Of a stretch of 64,000 nucleotides of DNA, positions 38,800 through 51,668 are shown piece after piece. The number at the start of each line of letters is the position of its first letter. The first letter of the stretch is position 1. Under the pieces are notes generated by a model. That model did no database searches, was not told the origin of the DNA, and saw only the letters and a list, made by a program, of their open reading frames with translations. A program made the position numbers and the translations under genes. The DNA lies in the NCBI GenBank assembly GCA_043228905.1, contig JBHGNT010000021.1, positions 10,168,001-10,232,000 on the forward strand, read 5' to 3'. Source of the stretch: Azolla caroliniana (Eukaryota; Plantae; Polypodiophyta).

Positions 38800-39628
38800 T
38801 AGCAATGGGCATGATTCGGTTCAGGTTCAATTCAGTTTCAAGGCAAAGAAACCGAACCATTTATATAAAACAAAAAATCAAATCGAACCATTTAATAAAA
38901 ATTTAAAACCAAACCGTTTAGGGAAAAGTTGAAACCAAACCGAACCATTTAATAAAAAATTTAAACCAAACCATTTAAATCAAACTAATTAAACATCTAA
39001 ATAAACAAAAATACATTAAATTAAATAAACATTTAAGTTAAATTAATTAAATCAATAAAAAATCATTAATTAAAGGGAAAAGTACCAAGATACCCTTGGA
39101 AGTTCGTCTATTTACCAAAATGCCCCTGGAAGTTCCAAATTTACCAAACTACCCCTATGTCCAAAAAATTACACTTTATAAAGTAATTATACACTCAAAT
39201 CTGTGGTAAATGGGGCTAGTTTGGGTCCATTTCTTCCATCTTTGGTAAATAGGGCTTGTAGATTTGAGTGTATAATTACTTTATAAAGTGTAATTTTTTG
39301 GGCATAGGGGTAGTTTGGTAAATTTGGAACTTCCAGGGGCATTCTGGTAAATAGACGAACTTCCAGGGGTATCCTGGTACTTTTCCCTTAATTAAACCAT
39401 TAAATTAATAAACTATTAAGGTATAAAAAGAGTTAACCAAAAACCTATAAACCTTTAAACCAAACCTATAAACCCAAGTTTTTGAACCAAACCAAACCCG
39501 AACCGAACCGTTTATCGAAAATCCAAACTAAACCAAACCATTAAATTTTTTTGGAACCAATAAATCGTTAAACCATGGCTTAACGGTTAAGCTCGGTTCG
39601 GTTTGAGCCGAAACCGTGCCCATTGCTA
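38800..39628. mobile_element. Non-autonomous hAT-type element
   Basis: TIRs TAGCAATGGGCA / TGCCCATTGCTA. 8-bp TSD GGTAGGCT / GGTGGGCT (1 mismatch). AACCG-rich subtermini. Confidence 0.87.
39075..39387. mobile_element. Mutator-like MITE (long TIRs) nested in the hAT element
   Basis: ~125-bp near-perfect TIRs starting GGGAAAAGTACC. Perfect 9-bp TSD TTAATTAAA at 39066-39074 and 39388-39396. Confidence 0.92.
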
Positions 39629-42600
39629 GGTGGGCTCCTCTTTACATGGCTTTTATGTATCGCTTCACTTTTCTTTTATATTTTTGTTGACATCTTGGGA
39701 TGATTGATACCTTCGGCTCTCTCTTAAATCATTTCTACACATCTAGCATTGTTCTGCCTTCGTGGCTGGCAACAATTTCATTCTTAGGACCCAGATTTCT
39801 GTGATTTGCAATTATTGTCCGTGATGGGGTGGGTCACCTCGGCATGTTCATCAAACACCTTCATGCATGCATGAAGGCTTTCCTCTTCACTATCTTCTCA
39901 TGTTGAGATTATTTTAGTGAGGTGAATTTTGTTTTTCTCAACCCACCTTTGTGTAGTTGGGCCTTTCTTTGACCTTATTACCACCAAGGGGAAAGAAAGG
40001 TAGTGGTTTTGTCATTTAGTCGATCAATGTAGGCCATTGGTCTACATTCTATTTTGTGGACAAGTCACAAGGCTGCTTGATCTTTGTTTCCCTTTTTGGT
40101 GGTTATCCCGTTGATATTGACCCATTGTTGTGTTCTTCGGTCTTCATTATCGTCGACGAGGATGGTATGGCCTTTGTTTGCCCTTTACGTACCTGTCGTG
40201 GTACCATCAAATTTTGTAGGTAGGCTAATTTTGGGTGGGTTCTATAATAACCCCTTGATCTCCTGTTTTATGTTGTTGCAAAACTACCAACACTGACTCT
40301 AATTGTTGTACCCGTTATGTGAACTCATCATGTTATGGTTGTTTTTTCCACAATCATCTTTTGAATATCCTCAATTAATCATTGATTCTCCATCTCAAAC
40401 TTGGTTTTAAGCCTGTCCAATTTAGAGACAACTGATATAAAATCTTGTTGACTAACAACTGACATAGCTAGATATAGGAAGTGGCTAGGGAAAGAGGTAT
40501 CCTAGTTCAAACTGTCAAAACTAAGGCACAATGAAAGCAAACAAAGCATAGGAAGAGTGCGAAATAAAATGTAGGGATGAAAGCAAATATGTATTATTAA
40601 GGTAAAGAGATACAAGATATGGCTTTCTTGGGGGACTTGAGATTGATGTTCAACTGGAATGATTCGACAAGAGTGAGGAGGTCTTCATTATATAGTAGGT
40701 CATGGAGCGTTCTAGGGTTTTCTGGAATATTTTGAAAAGTTCTAGGAAGTTCTCGAATGTTCTAGGATTATACCCGTTATAATATTATATTTCAAGTCCT
40801 TGGTGTATGTACACATAGGTCATAGGTTTGAGCCTTACCATGACATGGTGGCTATCATAGGTATTTGTCTAGCCCTAGAAGATCCTCCTAACCTAATGTC
40901 AATTGTTGAGCCCCAAAATATGTAATAACAACTTGATGCCTTGGCTATTCTTGGAGACTTGGTGGTTCATAATGTTGTGTACTTTCTTTTTTTAAGATCC
41001 TATAATTTTACTCTCAACATTAAATCCTAGGAAAATATATTTACAAGACTTTGGCTCAAGTTTGTTATGTTCTTCTTTACGATCGTGCACAAAAGCCTCA
41101 CAACGAAACATTTTTAGGTGAGCATATGAAGATGGCTTGCCCAACTATGCTTCTAGAGGGATTCCTCTCCCCAAAGACCAATTTGGTGATTGACTAATCA
41201 ATTCAACAATTGTCATCACAATGTTTGCCCCTAGTACGAACCTTATCCTTTTTAGTTTGATTCACACACTCTACAACTCCATTTTGGGGTGGATTATGTG
41301 GGGCATTGAGCTCCCTCTTTATCCTTTTGCTTTGACAACATACCTAAAGGCCTTGGATATTTATTCCCTACCGTTGTCACAACAAACACACTTCTAATTA
41401 TTAATCTTAGCAATGGTATACACGGTACCATCACTTCTAAGTCACTCACACTAGATACATGGAGAGGATACAAGGTATACTTTTACAATATTTGACAACA
41501 ATTCCAGATCCCATACAAATATTCCATTTCCCATTACCAAAAGTGGTGTGAAATTCATTTTCATCTTGCTACTCTTTGTTAATCAAGATCTTCTTAAGCT
41601 AATTTACATGCCATACATGTTGAAGTGTGAAGACAAACCCATATTAAAACTACATCTACATAGTGCCAATACCCACAATCTCACATGCATACTTGTCCCC
41701 CACACCATGGATAACACCATGTCGACCCGCTGTGAAGTTAGAAAATCACATGAAAAGCACTTGTATTAAGAATGCAAGTGTGCATGTCTTCATCCATATT
41801 TGGAAGAAAAGCATGCACTCTAAATCATGGAGAGATAGAGTACATCATTCTCACCGTCGCGACTTGCCATAATGAGTGACTATAGTCACCTCTTCCATTT
41901 TAACAATGCTCTTCTTAGGTTACTTTCTCTTCTTTGCTATCATTTCTCTTCTTTCCCTTTCTTCCATTTGTAGTAGTCATGTTTAAAATGACTCGGCTTG
42001 CCACAATGATGACATTCTATAACTTTACCACACAATTTTTCGCAACCTTCGCTATTAGATTTGCCTCTCTATTGTGATATGCCCCCAATTTATTGAAGCA
42101 TCGGAGGATTTATTGGATGCATTATTTTGTCAATTCACCTCTTCCATGAGTAGAGAACTCTATACCTAAACATACAGAAACATCGCATTTGAATTGCTCA
42201 AGGTAGTGTTGAATCTATCTTGACTCTTTGACAAAATGCAAAGTAAAAACGTAGCCTTAAACTCATCATCAATGACATGTTGGTGATTTCTCTCCTATTG
42301 TAATTATCTTTGTTTTAGAACAAGAAAGATGCCAAATTACTTTTCTAGAGCTATTGAAAGTTTTGTACAATAAAATTAGAATCTCCAATAGGTAATAGCA
42401 ATGAAGCATAAAGATGGTTACTAAGAGTTTGTGAAGGAAGAAATGCATTTCTTGATAATAAACAATCTGCAAAGCAAGAAGTCTGAGCAAGTTGTGAACA
42501 CTTATTGCCATGCTCTTTGAACAAGTTTATTGAATCACTTCTCTTGGAAAAGAGAGAAAGCATGATTTTCTAGTTCACAAAAGTTTATAAGAAAGTGGAA

Positions 42601-43209
42601 CAAGTAATTCTAAACTAGTTAGGGCGATTGCAATTTGTACTGCACAACTTGAGCTCTCATTGAGATTTAAATGGCCCTCACATAAAATCATGCACACATA
42701 TACAACAGACAAAATGCATAAAATAGATTTACATCACACCAACTCTTAGTACATTCCAACTAACAACCTCCTCCACGTTAAAGCCCCGCAGAATGATAGG
42801 AAGTAAACATTATTATTCATACTTATTGAGGAAAGATAATAGTAAGGTTATACAAAAAAGGAAGCCTAGCATATATACATATGGAAACCTTTGACATATA
42901 CCATGATGGATCGTTGTCTTTACTTATGACTTCATAACATTGGGTTTCACTTGACAACATCGCCTTCTTCCTTTCAATCTGAACAATGTCGAATCTTTTC
43001 TTTTGTATTTTTTGAAATTTTGATTCCATCAGATCATGTTGAACATATGACAAAATGCAAGTTTACATCTGAGATCCAGCTCTTGCTCATAATACTCTAA
43101 CTAGTCCATAAGAAGCTTGGTTCTCTGGACTTGTTTTATAGATCAAGCCAAACTCTTCAGCACATGACAGAGATGGCTCATTCTCGAATGCTAATTGTAC
43201 ATATATAAA

Positions 43210-44650
43210 TCATCCACATAACTGGGCACTAGAATTACAGCAAGATTTAAGAGTGTGCAACAATATCTCGTTCCAGGTATCTATAGGACCCGGCATGCAC
43301 CAATGTAGACAATCGCTTACAGCATCATTGCTATCATGATTCCGGTAAATACCCGGGTGACCATCAGGCCGAAGAAATGCACTATATGTAATATCAATGA
43401 GTTTCAATCTTGAAGCATCCTTCTCACCCTCTTCTCCTTCTTTCTCCGACAACAATGCAATGGCTTTGTTGAATTCCTCGATCTGAATCTTGTGCATCTC
43501 GTTAGTCATCCATGGTAGAGAAGCATTCATATGTGGATCTGCATCAGGCTGTGTATTATTGCATTTTCCTCCTTTGTCCCATGCCTGCTCACCGAAGTGT
43601 GGAACAGTAACTGTCCGAAGGAAGGAAATGCCCTTGTACTGGTACACTACATGTTTCAATACAGTCTCCCATGTAATCCTCATCGCCGGCAACATACCGA
43701 AAGCTGTGAAATTAAATCCTGTCCTTTCACTGGCTCCCAGTATACTGCTGTTAGCATAATAGATGCTAGGCCTAAAGTACCAATAAGCAGTGGAAAACAC
43801 GATGACATCATAATGATCTATCCGAGATAACCACGCCACATCAGGCATGTCTAAATGAAGATGGAAACAGCCTTGCTCATCAGTTGTGTGGTTCACTAGA
43901 AATGTCGACCATATGTTTCCCAATGTGAAGTTATGGGATATGAAATCCCACTGATACTCATGTTCATTCCATAGATTACCCTCGGGCACAACCGAGGAGC
44001 TGTAAGGATCCTCAACCTACAGACAATTTGTTGACACATTAAACTTTCATTCCCTTGATCTGGGCAGTGTCCTATGGAGTGATCACTCTCATGCCTAGTA
44101 TAAATCCATGTATTATGTTTACCTGTGTGAGAGCACATAGAAGAGCTTGCATTTGGTTGCGAGCGAGCGAATCTCCAATGAATGCCATTTTCTTTCCTCT
44201 CAACAGGCGAAGGAAATACACGGGATCGAACCGCTGCAGATCGCAATCCAAGGGTTGCCATCTCCAATGGAGATAATCTCTGTCTGGTCTTGCATTGCTT
44301 AAACAGTTCTGGTTGAATTGCATATATGGACAAGTCTCGTTCGTATATAAGAGAGTGAAGTCGGACTCCTCAGGAATCCACATTCCTTTGGATAGATCGC
44401 AGCAGCAATGTGTTCGATTCACAACAGTTGGACGAAGGAGGGACGAATTGCTTTGGCGTGTGTGAGGAGGAGGAGGAGGAGGAGGAGGAGGAGGAGGGTT
44501 ATGGAGCAGCAGCTGCCGTGGGCCGCCGTGATAGAGAGGGGCGAGGAAGAAGGAAGCGTAAGAAAGAGAGATGAGAGTAACGCAAGAGATGGGAAGAGAT
44601 ATGGCGACTTTGTGTTGAGGCCATAGTTTGCTGTAGTTTGGTATGATCAT
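43210..44650 (-). CDS. Trichome birefringence-like (TBL/DUF231) polysaccharide O-acetyltransferase, 2 exons
   Basis: Exons 44650-44123 and 44016-43210 with a GT-AG intron. N-terminal TM segment and Pro run; CDLSKGMW, QNCLSNARPD, FIGDSLARNQ (GDS motif) and DCLHWCMPGPIDTWN (DxxH motif). Start codon is tentative. Confidence 0.92.
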
Positions 44651-44872
44651 GACGTGGGAGGAGGATGATGATGATCATTTGAGGAGGAAACAGGGAACAG
44701 AGCATGTGCTTACTCTCTGTTCTTCGATTGGGTAGTGACAGAGATGATAATGATGATGATCTATGAAACTTAAAACAATTTCCAAGAAGATCTTGAAGGG
44801 ATGGGGGATGGAGAAGGAGACGGAGGTGAAGAAGGTGAAGGTGAAGGTGGGTTCCCCTGCCTCCCTCCTCCA

Positions 44873-45040
44873 AAACCTAACCTAACCTAACCTAACCTAA
44901 CCAAAACCAAAACCTAACCTAAACTCCTCCTGTATGACCTAAATAAAAGGGCCGAAAATAAAAAAAGAAAAGACGAAGCGGAATGCAGTTTGTCTGTCTG
45001 TCTGTCTGTCTTGTCTGTCTGTCTGTCTGTATGTATGTAG
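44873..45040. repeat. Microsatellites upstream of the TBL gene: (CCTAA)n and (TCTG)n
   Basis: Directly visible. Confidence 0.85.
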
Positions 45041-45839
45041 TTGTTAGCCGTCTGTTGCCTGCTCTCTCCTCCTGCACCTGCACCTGCACCTGCGCCGCCT
45101 GTCTGCCCGATTAAATAAATAAATATGTAAGTAAAGAAAGGAAGGGAAGTGCTCTCTGTCTCTCGTTCTCATTAATATATATAATATATATATCTTTCTT
45201 TCTCATTTCCTTTTCTTTTGGCCGCCTCCAACGAATCTACATATTGTATTCTACATATGTATATGTATGTAAAGAAGCAAAAGCAAAGAGCAGAAAATCA
45301 ACCTTTCTCTGTCTCTCCCTCCCTTTTCCTTTGACTTTACCAAAGAATCCCACTCTCCGTCATCTCCATCTCCATCTCCATCCCCATCTCTCTCTCTCCA
45401 TCCAATCCTCTCAATCAATCTACTCTCCGTCTTTCAGATCCAGGAACAGCAGCACACGCAGACCTCTCTAATTTCTTTATTTAGTTTTGCCTTCCCCATC
45501 CCATCCCATCCATCGCTGGGCTGGGCTGGGCTGGGCTCTTGGCGTTCGTTACTTCAGGAGGATTTTCTTGTAATATGGCGCGACAAGTTACAAACCCCAC
45601 CACTCTTCTTGGGATGGATGGGCTGCCTTAGTTACCAAGATCTCTTGCTTATTACTCTTTTTATTCGTTCTCTTAAAACTGGATCATTTCCGAATAAGAC
45701 TAAATCAAATATATGAGAATTTGACGTATCACTCTTTCATTTGTTCTGTTAAAAAGTTGGTTTTCGAAACATTCACACGATTTAACATGTATTTACTACA
45801 TTTAAACACGAGAACGAACAACCCTTATAATACATACAT

Positions 45840-45904
<65 letters not shown>

Positions 45905-46789
45905 ACTTGGATTTACCTCGATGGTACACAATGCTATGCTGTGCCAAGGTCATTTCTGATAATACTTAGATCTATGTACCTCAATGTTACACAATGCTTT
46001 GTGTGTGAAGATTATACCGTGATGCAACAAAATGCTCCTTGAAAAGTATATAAGAATGAAAATAGAAAGCTTGAGGATGTACGAAAAAGGGGAGATATGC
46101 CACAAGGAAACATCGTCGTTGTTTAAGTAGGGACACTAGGTCGTTGTTTAAGTAGGGACACTAGGTGATCTATGAGTCTACTTCACACAATCCACATTTA
46201 TCTCTTGGAATTGCATGGATACCCATAGAATATGTGAATTGGCATAGATGTACTAACCAAATACATTATATTTCTTTCTAACACGTGGAAACAATATGGT
46301 GGATGGAATCATTAAGTAAGGTTTGGGCAAATACTTTGCTTGGATAGTTTGACATTTTCTCAATTTAGAATATGATTTTGTATTTGTTGACATTAATGCA
46401 AGGACACGAGCTTTGCAACATTTCATACAATGTATCTTAAGGATGCAAGTTCATATACAAATACATGGTTGACCATACGTGCATGAAATTTGGGTCGGAT
46501 TAATATGCAATGTCAATTTTATAAATATGCAATAGTATTAGAATGCTTCTTAGAAATGGTGTATCTCTATAGAGGTGACATCGGGAACTTCTAATATGGA
46601 AAACACAATGGAAGTAATGAGATTTTCAAAAGATGTTTTGAGAATCGAACTCAACTTCCCATAGAGACAGTGTTCACATTGGCCAGTGGACATCATACTA
46701 GGCTAGAGTTGTAATTAATAGAAAGAGCACTTGCCCTAGATTAGTTGGTATTTAAACCAACCTCTTGTAACCTAGTTATTGTTGGACGT

Positions 46790-47862
46790 TGTCGCGGTAT
46801 TCCGCGAGTACGTGTAAGATCTTAGGCGGGACCACGGGGGTCTTGGATTAGGGAGTAGAGGGGGAATGAAAGCTTAGCTCGAGAGGGGAGGAGAAAGAAT
46901 AGGACATAAACATAGAATGGATGGAGGCAAGATACACAAACGAGTTATATTAAGAAACACCAAACACTTTACAACCATGGCCGCATAGGCCGAACGAAAA
47001 CACTATATGGAACCCTAACCGAATAAGTAAAGTAAAGAAGATGATGAAGAAGAAACCCTAACTGAAACCCTAAACCCCAAATAGAAACCCTCGACCTAAG
47101 TGGTATACCTCTCTCACTCAAAATAGGCAACCCCTTCACAAGAGACCCCTCCCTTCCTTTTATAGCCCAAGGAGGGAGTGATGTTACAATGTGGGATAAA
47201 TTCTCCCCCTTATTCTATACACCATTTTCCTACTATACATGTGCACATGTTGCACATTGCCGACTTGCCCATTCCATCCCAGTTTCACACCAAAGTCGGA
47301 AATCTTCACGACATCCACCCCCACCAAACCGCACACCCACCCGGTATGTGCCATGAAAGGAAAAGGTGAGAGATTTCGCTGACGATGATCAACCGGGTTC
47401 TTCGTCGTCCCGGCACCTGACCGCCTTGCCGGCTCCTACCGACCCCGATCCGTTGGCTCGATCCGATCCGCCATATTTGACGCTCACACCTTCTTCCCCG
47501 ATCGGCCCTCTCGAACACCGTTGTCGATCCGGTCGCTCCTCCTTTGTTTGCCACGTATGCCCTCTGATTAGGACCCCAGTCACTCCGCTTGTATGCCGGA
47601 TTTTGTGCCTCGCATGTCGCATGTGTCCCTCCTTTGGTTTGATCATCTCCTCGTCCCAAGCACCTTGGCGTGCCATCTCTCTCCATTCCGCGCTTGCCTT
47701 CTGTAGACTCTTCCGGTGTGTTGATGTCGTCCTCCAAGTACGCGCTCGTTCTTCAGTCCTTAGGTGCCCCATTACGCGCTTGTTTCTCCCTTGCTCGACG
47801 TGCTCTCTCGCGGTAGAGCGTACCGTCATCCCGACCTTGGTGTTGGTGTCCTTCGCGGCTCA
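46790..47862 (-). mobile_element. Trp-family gypsy element A: 3' LTR 46790-47313, PPT and 3' internal region
   Basis: TGTCGCG...CACGACA termini. PPT reverse complement TCCACCCCCACC at 47314. Minus-strand TATA at ~47158. Confidence 0.8.
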
Positions 47863-50800
47863 TGTCGTGTCGTTACGCTTGCGTGTGGGGAACTAAGGTG
47901 GGACCACGAGGGCCTTGGACCGAGGAGTGCACGAAACAAGGAGGAGAAGAGAGCGGAAGCGATGAGCCGGCGATTACCGGCTACAGACGAGTAGCTGGAC
48001 GAGGGCCGATAAGTGCCCTTTACTGGCACGTTGTGCTCGCCGGACCAAACGAAAACACAACTAGCTCTCACCGTCTCACCGAAAACACGACAACGTAAAA
48101 AGAAGAGACAGGGGCGCGCACCCAATCAGTTACGAGACAACTGCGAGTTAGAGAGCACATAGATACACTGGGAGGCGACAACTCAAAGAATCGATTCAAC
48201 CTAATAAGTGATTACAATGCTCCCAAGATTACAATCGGCACGACAGTGACCGACCAAACACACACCCACGCACACACCCGAAACACACAATGGAGCCCCT
48301 ATTGGAAGCCCATGGGCTTCTCTCGCGAGCAGAGGCGACCGACCAAAAATCTACAGAGATCAACGGGAATGAGGAGAAGGATGATCGGTTCCCAGTCCGA
48401 CAACACTTCGTCCTTGCCAAAAACGCGATCCCATTTTAGGCTTCTCCACTTCCTTTTATAGCCGTTGGGGAGGGACTGTCACGTCCTATTTACATCGTGT
48501 TTATTCTCTGTCCCTTCGGACAGAGATACACATCGATTTTCATAGCTAATAAATATGTTCTACCTAGTATATTTACATCAGGCCGACCTATTCCTAGTTA
48601 TGTACAAACTAGTCAATTTATGCATCCACATGTAAAGGTCGGTTCACCCGCTTTATCCTCCAATCCCTCTTAAGGCCGGTTTTCTTCACGACATCCACCC
48701 CCACCAAACTGCGGATCCACAGGCATGCGCCATAAAGGAACAAATACCGGAGAAAACCGACTCATGTTCACCCGTTGCCCTCCGAATCATCGTCCGCTCC
48801 GAACCGTCGTCATCGTCATTTGCGCTCCTCGGGTCTGGCTCGTCTTCATGCTGCTTCTTGAAGGCCTTGATCCTCCTCCCGGATACCGGCACCGCTATCC
48901 ACGTCCCGTCGAGCTTCGCGACATGGTAAGTGTCGTTGTCATTTGCGCTCGTTACGGCGTAGGGCTCAAACCACCTCCTTGCAAACTTACGCATTGCCTT
49001 GTGTTGGTTGTCGAGGCTGTTGTCGTAAACCAACACCGAGTCGGCTTCCTCGATCTTCTTTGGTCGTAGCCGGTGAGTTTGGCCAAACCGGCCCTTGTTC
49101 TTCACCCTTGCCTCGTGCAACCTTGTCCTTGCCCGATCCACATCATCCGGTTTCCGATCTAGCTGTCGAATCCGTGCCGCCAATAGATCCTCTCGGCTCC
49201 TCTCGTCCTTCTAGTCCACTGAGGCCCAGGAGGAGATCGTTCGCTCCATCGACATGATCAACTTCTGCCCCTACATCAGCTTTGCCGACATGAACCCAGT
49301 TACCGAACTATGCGTAGTTCTGTCCGCCCACAATGCGTAAGGTAGGAGCCGCAACCAATTCCTGACTTGCCCTTCACATGCCCATACTAACGCCTTCACG
49401 ATCGGCCCGTGCCCGTGCTCTATCTTCCCGTTAGTGTCTGGATTGTACGCCGTTGTGAGGGAGAGCTTGACCGCTAATCGGGCAAACCACTCTTCGGCTT
49501 CCTGTGCATCCAACTCTCCCCGGTCAACCATGATCTTTCCCACACACCCGTACTGGCATACCACTTCCTTGATCAGAAACTGGCACACAACTGCAGTCGT
49601 CTTATTCTATAGTGCGCAGCCCTCCACTTGGTTCGTCAAGTCCTCTCGCACAAGCACCAGGTACCGCATCTCCCCTACCCCCATCGGCATCGTCACTAAG
49701 TCTAGCATCCATTTGAAATGGACGGTCAGCGGGTAGGTCGGGTGTAGCTCGTCTCGATGTCGGATCGTGGAGTGCATCTGGCAACTCTCACATGTCGTCA
49801 CGAACTAATGCACGTCCCGGTGTAGCCCGGCCACCAATACTTGACCGTCAGCTTCTCGAATGTGTTCCACGTCTTGTGATGTCCGGCCCAAGGACTCTCG
49901 TGGTACGCCGTCAGCAATGCCTTCCGCTCTTCCCTTCCTGCCACTACGTGGAGTGGAGCGTCACCTTGCTTTTTCGGGTGCTTCCATATGTTCCCGTTCT
50001 GCAGGAAGAACCGATATGCCTTCTTTCGGATCCAATTAGCTTCGTCTCTTGTCCACGTTGTGTCCGGCGTCATTGTCTTCAAGAACCTATTGATTTGGAG
50101 CCACTCCCCGTTGTACTCGCCTTCGTCGAACTCATTAAGCGCCGGAGTGCTCCCTGCCCTTGTCGTCACGTAAGCCAACTCGAAGAAGTCCACACCAACT
50201 TCCTCGTCCCTCTGATACCATGCCTTCCTCGTCATTGAACCGTGCTCTCGAAAGCATGTCGGCCATGGCGTTGTCTTTCCTGGAGATGTGCCGTATCTCC
50301 GGATTCAGGGACTTAATGTACGCGATCCACCTGAGCATCGCTAGGTCCGGCGTCACGCATCCGGAAACCATACCGAGGATCGGTAGGCAGTCCATCTTGA
50401 TTATCACCTCTGTCCCGATTAAGTACTCTTTATCGGCCTTGACTGCTGAAACGATACCCCAGAGTTCGCATTTTACCTGGGCGTATCCTCGTTGTCGCTT
50501 GCTAACTACCTTCACTCCAAACCGGATGGGGAAACTCGCGCCGCTCTCCTCCTCCTGGTTGATCACCCATCCGATCCCGGTCGGGCTCGTGTCTACGGTC
50601 ACGTATATCGGGACCTCCTTGCCATAAATCGCTTTCCGGAGTGCCGGCGCTGCGGTAAGTGCCTCCTTCAACCTCCGGACCGACTCCGCATGCTCTCTGC
50701 CCCACTGGAACTTACGCCCTTTCTTCAGCAACCCGTAGAGTGGCTCCGCGGTGTGTGCATAGTGCAAGATCCAGATGTGGTAGAACGCGCATGCGCCCAA

Positions 50801-50965
50801 GAACCTCCACACCTTCGTAACCGACTTGCATTCTTCCTTCATTACGGAGATGGCTTCTACCTTTGCCGGAGACAGTTTCTGACCGTAAGGCCTGCACAAG
50901 TGTCTGACCACTAGGATCTCCAATTGCCCGAAAGCCAATTTCTCTCCGGAGAAGGTGAGTTGTGC
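47863..50965 (-). mobile_element. Trp-family gypsy element B: 3' LTR 47863-48693, PPT, degenerate integrase, RNase H and RT end
   Basis: LTR similar to 1228-1841. WRFLGACAFY, VTVDTSPTGIG, DNAMADMLSR, CESCQ, TTAYNPDTNGKIE, RRWFEPY. Domain order RT-RH-INT. No chromodomain visible. Confidence 0.9.
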
Positions 50966-51274
50966 TGTCGTGGTAATCCGCATGCGCGTGTTAGATCCGG
51001 GGCAGGACCACAGGGGTCTTGGACTAGAGAGAGACGGAGTATGGAAGGTCGAGCTTCACTTCATCCCGCGACCGGCCAAGACACCAACCAGAGCCTTTCT
51101 GGATACGTACCGGGAGCAACCATATGAGAGAGGGAAAAGGGCGTGCACGCAACACTGACTAGACACACGCATCCTATGTACAGAAACTAGAAAGAAGGAA
51201 CTCCAAAGACACCAACACAGACACAGATGCATAGAACTTCACTAAATATATATATGTATGTACAAGAGCAAGAT
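50966..51274 (-). mobile_element. Trp-family gypsy LTR C (U5 end), interrupted by the Copia at 51275
   Basis: TGTCGTGGTAATCCGC start and GGACCACAGGGGTCTTGGAC motif. It interrupts the RT of element B. Confidence 0.75.
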
Positions 51275-51314
51275 TGAAAACGTAAGTGTTTACGGAAGCG
51301 TAAAACAGAGAACA

Positions 51315-51346
<32 letters not shown>

Positions 51347-51668
51347 CAGAACACAAGTTCGAAATTATATCAAGACTACGTACGCACACTGTGCTAAGTA
51401 GCACTATTTATACAAGTCCTCTTGGGACTGACAGAAGTACCATGTACTTCAATGCTCACACGAGCATCTGACACTTACTACGAGACTATAGCTACCTAGT
51501 AGTCTATCCTATACTAGGCTTCCGATTGGACTCCCGTTTACGGATTGCACCGGCCTCCACTGCTTGCCGGTTCGGTTGCTCACCGTAATACCGATCCGTT
51601 TCGCCCGATCCGTCTCGCTTACCGGCTCCGGCTTATTCAGCTGATCCGGCTCCGGTTGAGCTTGCCGC

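Noticed and set aside
39650-41450. LINE RT relic with an inserted solo LTR (~40450-40845)
   Set aside because: Only vague similarity by eye. No clear motifs, termini or TSD could be established.
44873-44925. Interstitial telomeric repeat (TTAGG type)
   Set aside because: Only a few imperfect units in a promoter full of other microsatellites. It is not the plant TTTAGGG motif.
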